From NCBI RefSeq assembly GCF_963853765.1, contig NC_088857.1, forward strand, positions 49,414,001-49,478,000: a stretch of 64,000 bases of DNA, written 5' to 3'. Position 1 is the stretch's first letter; each line of letters opens with the position of its first letter. Below the pieces are notes generated by a model, which was not told where the DNA came from, did no database searches, and was given only the letters and a program-made list of their open reading frames with translations. Shown here piece after piece: positions 15,001 through 25,470 of this stretch. This DNA is from Magallana gigas. Its lineage: Eukaryota. Position numbers and translations under genes: made by a program.

Positions 15001-15979
15001 AGAATCGGAGTCAATGCCTCAGACAGCTGCGAAGTCAGTAGAAGGAAGTGTTCAGTCTGATCAAGGGCATACTCAAGAGAGACCACCGATCAGTGGCAGC
15101 TCAGAGGCACAGCCTGTGTCTTCAGTGAACAGCAATGTGAACACTGTGCAGGAACCAGAAACTGTCAGCACAAATGTGCAGCATTTACCTCCCCACTCCT
15201 ATCCAATGACCTCCCTCCCTGGTCACCCCCTTCCTCCTCCCAACACCCAGGAAAGAATGTCTCCCAGGGGCATGGTTCCTCCAGCTTATATGGGTGCTTA
15301 TGGCCATTTTCAGGGCAGGATGTCACCACGACAGGCACACTATGGTGGTGCCCCTCCATCATTAATGCCTGTTTCACAGAACCAGTCACCAAGGCAGTCT
15401 ACCGCCCCCTCCCCTGGAAGATACTCACCCAGACAGGCTAGTCCCTCCTACCCTGGGGGTCCATCCCCTGGGCGTTACTCACCCCGACAAGGTTCTCCTG
15501 GAGTATCTAGGCCTCCCTCGAGACCACCTTCCCAGCCTGGGTCAGGATATGCACCCCCCAGGCAAGGCCCTACCCCACCAATAACTGGCTATCCGAGCTC
15601 CACCCCTCCTGCCTCGCCAAATGTCACTTACTCTCCAGTTACAACTTTCAGTGCTGTGTCAGTAGATAATTCATCAAGAGTGGAAACTTCTGTAGCTCAT
15701 ACAACAATAAACTCAAGGCCTAATGTTTCTACAAGTACTGTTCAGTCCGTCTCCCAAAACACACCCACAGACTCTGTAGCCCCTCCCCCAGCTACGGAAT
15801 CTGCGAGTGCACCAGTAGTGGAACAATCAAATTTAAAACTGCAAGATACCAATACTAGTGTAAATGTTAGTCAAACAATTCAAGCTTCTAGTGCAAGTTC
15901 TGTGTCCACCTCAGAGACAGTGACCACTGCCTCAGAACAGTCACAGGAAGTCCCCAGCAGTAAAGATGCCGACCAGTAG
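1..15979 (+). CDS. KMT2C: KMT2C/KMT2D (MLL3/4)-like histone methyltransferase complex protein, 5'-partial; about 1639 aa lie in the window and no SET domain is present
   Basis: Phase-consistent exons: <1-72, 1682-1783, 2565-2725, 2955-3267, 3411-4828, 5159-5298, 5389-5591, 5754-5908, 6187-6342, 6653-6886, 7431-7472, 9382-9466, 9846-9974, 10392-10556 (GC donor), 11649-11741, 14526-15979 (TAG). The translation contains RPQLLQDQPLLIQDLLEQEKQEQQRQ, QYEDWLMKHGNYLEMQVKTLEQQIGKCKRTKKAINARNRQAKKTGRE and DNNPFSEEYQERE. These match human KMT2C blocks I recall (RPLLLEEQPLLLQDLLDQERQEQ; QYEEWLQETQQLLQMQQKYLEEQIGAHRKSKKALSAKQRTAKKAGRE; DNNPFSESFQERE). Invertebrates have one gene, so the C versus D label is nominal. 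Confidence 0.88.
1262..1472. mobile_element. MITE of about 210 bp with imperfect TIRs (TA-CTGT...ACAG-TA class)
   Basis: Left end TACTTTGGTTTCATCAATATTC versus right end GAATAATGATAACCACAGTA; TA at both ends; no ORF. Confidence 0.55.
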
Positions 15980-16983
15980 ACTAGTCGCTGACCAGTAGAC
16001 TACCTGTAGTCACTGACCAGTAGACAAGTCACTGGCTGTTGTTAAGTGTGTATATGATTTATGAAAGATACTTTATGCATAGTTTATTTGATTTATTTTA
16101 ATATTATATCTGCAAATAATAAATGGTATGTGATCTGTTTCTTGTTTTTGTTCACTATGAGATGATCATGGTACTCTGTAAGTTTCCTACCATATAAAGG
16201 ATGTAAGATCATTAAATGGTGCAATATTGAAATGGGGTACCGAGTAGCCAAAATGGAAACTCTGTTTTAGATATTTATACCCCAAGCTACAAGTTGAAAG
16301 GTACATGTATAATGTTGGTTCACCAGTCTGTCAGCCAGGTCATCAGTCCTGTTTATTTGTAAGTGTAACACCTATAAAACCTCTGCACGGAATTTTGTAA
16401 AACTGTGTACGTATATATGACAAATACATATGTAGACGTGCATATAACATGGAAAATTCAGTTCCATTCTTTTTTTTAAGGATTTTCAGCGCTTTTGAAT
16501 ATTGACCATTCACGCACACACGTACTTCATTGAATTTTTGTACCTTAAAAGATGGCTTGGCATTTACCATTTAAATGTACATGTTTTTATTAGTAATAAT
16601 AGGCGATGCCATGTAATTGTATACTAGTATCAGTGAATTTAGACCCTTTTATTTTTTTTCTACTCTTTCGTATACAGTATAAAACTGTAAATTACCTATT
16701 TCTTGTAGATGTTGTTCACTGAACCAAAATTTTGACAAATTATAATTCAACGGCAACCGTAAGAAAATATATCGAAACCATCCATATTGATATACATGTA
16801 GATAATAATTATTTGAATTCGAGAGGATGTCAAACGCTTGCAGAAAAGGAAAATACACGTTACCGTAAAATATACATGTACACCGTGTATCAATCTCATT
16901 GTGCGTCTCTACATCTGTGTTATCATGGAAGAAAGAAAACGTCAAACTATCTTTTAAAATACAGAGATATCAAATACTAGTAT

Positions 16984-17206
16984 TAGAACCATTTTAACAA
17001 GACCTTGGACTTTCGGTAGAATGTAATAACTATTTTTTTCTTGCATCAAAACAAGTTAAAAGGGAGGCTGGTTTCAAGTGAAATATACACAGATTGCGTC
17101 AGCTCAAAAGCTAAGGGCCATAGGCAGCAAAGAAATACACAGACCTACGTCACATTGCTATTTGACACAACTACCCGAAGTCCAAGCTCCTGTTAAAATG
17201 GTTCTA
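16984..17206. mobile_element. MITE family A, copy 1 (TA-flanked)
   Basis: TIRs TAGAACCATTTTAACAAGACCTTGGACTT and AAGTCCAAGCTCCTGTTAAAATGGTTCTA. The internal CCTACGTCACATTGCT is shared with copies at 17970, 21592 and 23602. Confidence 0.75.
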
Positions 17207-17969
17207 ATTGAAGTCGATAATGGGAGGCACCGTCTTCGATGCACAAAATGCTGGACTTTCGGTAAGACGTAAATGTGTTCTCGCCCATTTTTTTGCAAAA
17301 CAACTTTAAAGATTTCACAACCTTGTTTTTTCATTATGACGTTAGCCCGACGTCATCATTTACGTCTGAGAAAAGAAAATGAAAATGCATTGATTGACAA
17401 GACAAGCTGATTTTAACATATATTAGAACATGTAAATACTAATTAGACATCATTATGAGTGTTATCGAATGCACAAATGCAATTAATGAAAGGTTGTGGA
17501 GGGAAGAAAAATGGCTATTTTTCTTTTCATGAAACTCTTGGTTAATCAATACAAAAATAATTTCCATACAACTATTGACTTAATAAGTTTGGAATCGTAT
17601 AAATTAATTAGCTTAAGGCAAAAGAATTTAAATAGTAAATCGGTAGTTAAAAATACAGAAGTTATAATTGTAAAAGAAGCGAAGTTAATGCATACGGTTC
17701 AATTAATTTTCTTTTCTAAGCATGGAGTTCCAACGCACAGTGATACCTTATCTTATAGAACAAAATGTGACAATATATGTCACGTATTTAAATTTTTAGC
17801 ACTTGATAATTATAAATGTTTGTAAGAACTGCATTTAACTTTATGAAATATTTCCTTTTATGTTTCTGAAGATCATTTGTCAAAAAAAATGTATGAGTTT
17901 GTTATGACAGTCAACTCTTCACGTCGAATCCTATTGCGACTTCAGCAAACCCGCGAGCTACGTTAAATG

Positions 17970-18047
17970 AAATGGACAGACCTACGTCACATTGCTGTTT
18001 AATTCACACAACTTCATAAAGTCCAAGCTCTTGTTAGAATGGTTCTA
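17970..18047. mobile_element. MITE family A, partial copy (one end only)
   Basis: GACCTACGTCACATTGCT...AAGTCCAAGCTCTTGTTAGAATGGTTCTA matches the right half of 16984-17206. Confidence 0.65.
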
Positions 18048-18125
18048 TAATAACATTGAAAGATATTGGGGGGAAAGATGGTCTGGGGGTTAAATTAGTC
18101 AATTGATGCATTGTGACGCCGTTGA

Positions 18126-18133
18126 TGACGTCA
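18126..18133. promoter_or_regulatory. Perfect CRE/ATF palindrome TGACGTCA upstream of the unrecognised ORF
   Basis: The motif is seen about 60 nt upstream of the ATG at 18192; function is not shown. Confidence 0.25.
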
Positions 18134-18191
18134 TAATACGTAGGCGTCGATAGTATTGTTATGTTTGTTAGTTAGCTCCAACAATTTCAGA

Positions 18192-18920
18192 ATGGCTTCA
18201 GGTCAACCCTTGCCGTCTTTGATAATTCCTGGTTTTAAAATACCATTAAATGGGATTGGTGAATATAACATTAACGGAGTCACCGAAGAATTCTCCAATG
18301 GGATCCAAGCCAATTCAAAGGCCTTCCAAAATCGCTTCCCTCCGATATCCCATCTTCAAGTTCAAAACAACCAGAGAAGGAAGGCCCCGGGTAATTTCTC
18401 CAACCTGTGGTCATATGGAACTCCGTTTCTTGTCAAACTTCTCTTCACTGGAAATCTTCCGCAGACGTTTTTTGATGAACTGTGTTCTGCGATTCAAGAC
18501 CCAGTCAACAGAAAGAAACTGTGGCATAGAAAAGAGACGCCTGTGGAAAAGTCTAAAGACTTGTGGGAACCGAAGGACTGGGCCAGACTTCGCGATCACG
18601 GAAGGCATGTTGTTTTGAAGATAATCGATGCTCGTCTTCGGCAGAAGGAGAAAATGCTTCAGACACAGAATGCAATGCAAGAAAACAGCAGAGAAAGAAC
18701 AGAGGCAGTTCTGATGAAGAAAGCTGGCATGATGAGCAGCGGTAAAAAATCATACCTCAGCAAGATTGAACAGCAAGCTGAAAAAATAAGACATACTCGC
18801 AGAATCAAACGTGCCCCTACTAGAGAAACGGAAACTCCCCATAAACCAGCGTCCATCTTCAACCTTACAGATTCTACTCTCTGCAAGACCCCTAATTTCT
18901 GCAATAATTATCGTCACTGA
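18192..18920 (+). CDS. Uncharacterised 242-aa protein encoded in a single uninterrupted exon
   Basis: A 729-nt ORF (MASGQPLPSL...NNYRH) in AT-rich surroundings, with ordinary amino-acid composition and a K/E/R/Q-rich, probably helical C-terminal half. A TTTCAG acceptor-like site sits just before the ATG. No family recognised. Confidence 0.55.
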   Translation: MASGQPLPSLIIPGFKIPLNGIGEYNINGVTEEFSNGIQANSKAFQNRFPPISHLQVQNNQRRKAPGNFSNLWSYGTPFLVKLLFTGNLPQTFFDELCSAIQDPVNRKKLWHRKETPVEKSKDLWEPKDWARLRDHGRHVVLKIIDARLRQKEKMLQTQNAMQENSRERTEAVLMKKAGMMSSGKKSYLSKIEQQAEKIRHTRRIKRAPTRETETPHKPASIFNLTDSTLCKTPNFCNNYRH

Positions 18921-18984
18921 GTAAATGTGCATATTGATGTATGTACTAGTAATTAACAAGCTGAAGATGTGCGAGGTTAATATA

Positions 18985-19892
18985 TATATATTTTGTCCAC
19001 ATTGCAAATCTAGTGTTGAAGATGAATTCCATTTTTTATTTGTTTGTCCTCTATACAGAACATTGCGCAGATTATACATGAAAGAATATTATTATAAAAA
19101 ACCTTGTATGTTTAAATTAATTCAACTTTTTAATACTGACAATGTTAAAGATCTCTGTTATCTTGGCAAATTCATCTCAAAAAGTATGTTATTAAGGGAC
19201 AACTGTATTACATAATTGTAGTCTTTTGTTTTGTCAACCTGTATATGTAACAGTAAATGTTATTATCTGTACATGCACAGGTTCTCCTGTAAATACACTA
19301 CCACCTCAGGTTATACATATGTCATACTGATAAGCTGTAAAGCTTAAAGGGACTTGGACACGATTTGACTTAAAATTTTCAAATTTTATTTTTCCATTTT
19401 CAATGTTGATACTGATAAATGTAGAAGTTTATAATGCTATGTCAAAATTTGAAAGTCAAATGTCAAGTTATAAGCAAGATACAGAGATCATAATTCTTTG
19501 TTTTGTAAACAAACAAGAATATTGTCATTTTTTACATATGTGTTGTATTGGTGTAAGTTTCAATCAAATGTATCTTTCTTTTCTTGATAATAGTATTTAT
19601 GAAGATACTGAATTAGTTTAAATTGTTTTTACATGTCATTTTGTCAAAGAAATGGCAATTCTCTACATTACATTTTTCGTAAACAACTATAAGACTCGAG
19701 CTTTGTTTACATAAAGACCAATTCATACCTCTGTATCTCGCTTGTAATTTGACTTTAACATTTAATATTTTGGTCAATCATTTAAAATGCACCAGTAAAC
19801 CATTTTCTACATAAAAAATAAAAATAAAATTTTTGATCTTAAATCGTGTCCAAGTCCCTTTAAAGAAATAAAGAATTGTTGAAAAAAAATAT
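18985..19892 (+). mobile_element. 5'-truncated non-LTR retrotransposon (CR1/L2-like) 3' end, interrupted by a MITE
   Basis: CPHCKSSVEDEFHFLFVCPLYRTLRRLYMKEYYYKKPCMFKLIQLF resembles the C-terminal CxxC..EDExHF..C motif of invertebrate LINE ORF2. The tail AAATAAAGAATTGTTGAAAAAAAAA resumes at 19864 after the MITE. Confidence 0.7.
19348..19859. mobile_element. 512-bp non-autonomous DNA transposon with TTAA target-site duplication and purine termini (Kolobok-like)
   Basis: TTAA(19344-47)|AGGGACTTGGACACGATTT ... AAATCGTGTCCAAGTCCCT|TTAA(19860-63). TTAA TSD with 5'-RR ends is the Kolobok signature; piggyBac ends begin YY. Confidence 0.8.
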
Positions 19893-20052
19893 ATATATAC
19901 ATGTTTGTCTAATAAACCCGGAACTTTCAATTGATATTGCATTTTTAATGAATGATAACTTGAACAAAGTAATATAAGAAACAACGGATTTAATTTATTA
20001 TGGTTTACAAATAAAATAACAAAAACAATTAAGATTAATTTTGTTAATAGCG

Positions 20053-20055
<3 letters not shown>

Positions 20056-20115
<60 letters not shown>
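20056..20115. repeat. (TC)n microsatellite
   Basis: About 30 perfect TC units just downstream of the HTATIP2 stop codon. Confidence 0.95.
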
Positions 20116-20118
<3 letters not shown>

Positions 20119-20159
20119 CGTATTATTTTGTTCATGATTTGACTATCATTCACGCGTCG

Positions 20160-22143
<1,984 letters not shown>

Positions 22144-22174
22144 CCTATCATATAAAAAAAAGACGTTATGCTAC

Positions 22175-22182
22175 TGACGTCA
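22175..22182. promoter_or_regulatory. CRE palindrome TGACGTCA about 30 nt upstream of the HTATIP2 ATG
   Basis: The motif is seen directly; function is inferred only. Confidence 0.25.
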
Positions 22183-22809
22183 TAAAAAAGTTTTGATGAG
22201 TTTACTGTAAATATAAAGTCAAGTTTTACATAGATATATGGAGAGAGAAAGAGAGCCTATTAAGATAAAAACAAATCATCTTATTTTTTTTCAAAAGAAT
22301 AATTTATGTACGTATCAATGTTTATAATAAAAAGGACAGTGATTTAATTTTGTTTCAATTTTATGTTCTGAATATGTACGTAGCCATTTCCACAAAGAAT
22401 GACAGAATACCGGTAGATTTTTCAATAGCTTGCTGGATTGCTCAATAGAATATATAAATATACAATTTGGTCAGCAAGGTATCATTAATAGGTCTAAATC
22501 TAGGACAGGTATTTACTCAGGTATGACAACAGTAAAGTGAGTTATAACTAATTAAGCGGTCACAGATTAGTGCTTTATAAATGTGGTACCAGAAATTGAG
22601 GGACCAAAATGTCATTAATGATTTTTACGGGGACAAAATTGCTTCTTTTTTTATAAAGTTTATACTTGAATAAATTTCCATTGTTTCTTCCGAATTGTTG
22701 AAGTACAAATTTAATATTTTTTCCGAGTAAATTACTCTAAGACGAATTGATGTTCTAGAACCCAGTGCTGTCCAGGTGAACATTCTTTTTAAAAGACTAT
22801 GGATAGTTC

Positions 22810-22934
22810 AACAATAAAATGCTTTATTTGGGGATTCATTCGGGATATGAAGGTAGCGGGTTAAGTAATTTTTTTCTGCAATGATCGCTACCTTCATAAC
22901 CTGCATGAATCATCAACGAAAGCATTTTATTGTT
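22810..22934. repeat. Degenerate palindromic (foldback) element
   Basis: AACAATAAAATGCTTT...ATGAAGGTAGCG pairs with CGCTACCTTCAT...AAAGCATTTTATTGTT. Confidence 0.65.
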
Positions 22935-23273
22935 TATATTAACATCTCTTTTTTAACTAATCAATAAATTGATTATGAAAAATAAGTAAAAATCACTAAA
23001 TTACTGTTAAAGTACATAAGTACGTTAGCTAAAAATAACAGCCAAATCGTTTCCTGTGAGACTGAGTCTCACTTACTTACACTCACTTACTTACAGATAG
23101 AGATTTTCAACATTTTATGTATTTGGAAACAGATATTCCTTGTACACAAAGTTATTTGTCCCTCATTCTATGCTTCATAAAATATCAACACGTAATGCCA
23201 TACGGAACTAAACTTAACTTTCATGTAACTATGTCAAAATCGGTCATAGACCGTAATGTACATGATTCATGAA

Positions 23274-23361
23274 ATAGGCGCTCCCCAGCTAATTTTGTAA
23301 AAAAAACGAACGATATCTACCTTAAAATTCTAGATACTATTAAATCTTATAGCACAGAAGG

Positions 23362-23403
<42 letters not shown>

Positions 23404-23434
23404 TCATTTACAAAATTAGCTGGGGAGCGCCTAT
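23274..23434. mobile_element. 161-bp MITE with perfect 28-bp TIRs enclosing a (GA)n tract
   Basis: ATAGGCGCTCCCCAGCTAATTTTGTAAA (23274-23301) and TTTACAAAATTAGCTGGGGAGCGCCTAT (23407-23434). Confidence 0.8.
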
Positions 23435-23601
23435 GATTTATGATATATACATACGATAGGGCAATTTGTGCTGCGAAAATTATACTATACGCGGAAAGCC
23501 ATTGTTTATAATAATGAGTACGATAGGTTACCAGGTGCTAATATAAATTGTCCTAAATTTTGCCCTTTTGATCTCTATTTGCAAACTATTGTATAGCTTA
23601 T

Positions 23602-23809
23602 TAGAACCATTTTAACAAGAGCTTCGTGTCAAAGGCAATGTGACGTAGGCCTTTCTATATCATTGCTAGCCATTCAGCCAAGGCTCTCTGAAATCAACAA
23701 GGTTTGTCTGGCTTTTGAGCTAAGACAGCGTCATTTTAACTTGTTTTGACACAAGAAATAGATTGTTACATCCTACCGAAAGTCCAAGGCCATGTTAAAA
23801 TGGTTCCTA
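23602..23809. mobile_element. MITE family A copy
   Basis: TAGAACCATTTTAACAAGAGCTT ... AAGTCCAAGGCCATGTTAAAATGGTTCCTA; internal GCAATGTGACGTAGG. Confidence 0.72.
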
Positions 23810-25470
23810 TATATGGTCTTTACAGTTCTAACTCCCCCCTAACAATCTTGTATGTTAAGTACATTGTATTCAAAACTAAACGTGATCAAAATAAATCACC
23901 TACCTTATATGACCCTGAAAACCTGTCTATGTAATGAGGTTTTTAAATACGTCCTGATAAAATCCTTTATCGTTATGTAAATTCATTCAGGGCGCGGATC
24001 ATAATATTAAGGTACCCTTGATCACAGTAACCCTTGATCGCAGGACTCATCAGTACTGTACATGTAAGACGATACTTACATATATTTTTAACATTTAATG
24101 AAGACTTCGAGGTCGTCTTTCAACGGTCATCGACATCCATTGATCAATGGTCGTTTTTTATGATCATCAAGTATGTAAACTCATAAACTGCAATATGCAA
24201 TATACCGGTAACCACAGGGACCAAGACCGTTTTAACATTAATTTCAATGTAACAATAACATTGAAATTAATGTAAAACGGGCTTGGCTCCTGTGCCGGTA
24301 ACATTTGGTCACAAGAATATTTCATTTTGCAATTCATATTTAATTAGTTTTTTCTTACTTGTTTTCTTCTTAAGAAGTGATTTATGTAATAAATTGTGCT
24401 TACTTGTCAAATTATAATATGACAAGCTTATACAAGTATATTGAAATGATTCGGCCGTAAGGAGTTGGGAGCATGGCGAGAGATGCATGATAAAAGCATG
24501 TTTCTTTAGGCTCACAGAGAGAGAGAGAGAGAGAGAGAGAGCATTTCAAAACCGATTTTATGTATGCTTTAGAAATATTGAATTACAAATTATTTTGTTG
24601 AATACCATGGAAACGCGTTTTTAGATCACGATATAAGTTTTTTTTAAAAATAAGTTTCAAAGAAATATGAAAAATTAAGTTATCAGAAACAATATTGGGC
24701 GTTAGAGGCGGGAGATTTAGTGTGATGGATAACAAACTAAGAACAAGGAAATATATAAAAATATCAATTTTCACTGAATTCCCTTCTAAAAAAAGATTTA
24801 CAATGGATATCGGTACTTCAATCTATTTATAGAAACTGAATTAATTATGCAAACCAAAATGTTCAAAAGGCAATAATTTTAGAACTTAAGGAGACCGACT
24901 TCAGTTTTCAATGCGTTGGTTTTTGTGCATTCTAGATAGTTAAATACGGTGTACTTTTTATGAATTTTTCGATATTATCTATAAAATTGAACACAATATA
25001 AACAAAATACAGATTAAATTATTTAGAGTTTTTATTATAGTAAAAAATAAAGAGTTTTGCTATTGTAGTTTTTCCGCAAAAAAAACTACATCAGCCTCCT
25101 CATTCATATCATCACTATTCAGTATAATAATCTCTCGAACCAAAAGTAGTCTGCACACTCGTGGACTGAATTTAATGAAACATTTTAATAATGAAATATT
25201 CGTTTGGCCCGGTGGTTTGAGCATGTATATGGTTTAATCACATCAAAACTTTATAACATTTGTGTTTCTTTACTAGAAAACATTAACTAGTAGAGTATTT
25301 GTGTGCTTTCATTATGTTATTAGGCAGTTAATTTTTTTTATATCCGAAATTGTTTTTCGTTCTTATCTTCTTCACTCATGTTACTCCGCATGCATTCACT
25401 CTATATAATACTATGTAATTTCTCTATAAAAGGGTTATGCCTGACACTTAAATGCATTATCTCTATCAAG

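Noticed and set aside
1602-15392. Antisense and alternate-frame ORFs over the KMT2C/D exons
   Set aside because: These are shadows of GC-rich, Pro/Gln-rich coding exons.
19778-20119. 113-aa ORF beginning MQRERERE
   Set aside because: It derives from the (TC)n microsatellite plus the MITE.
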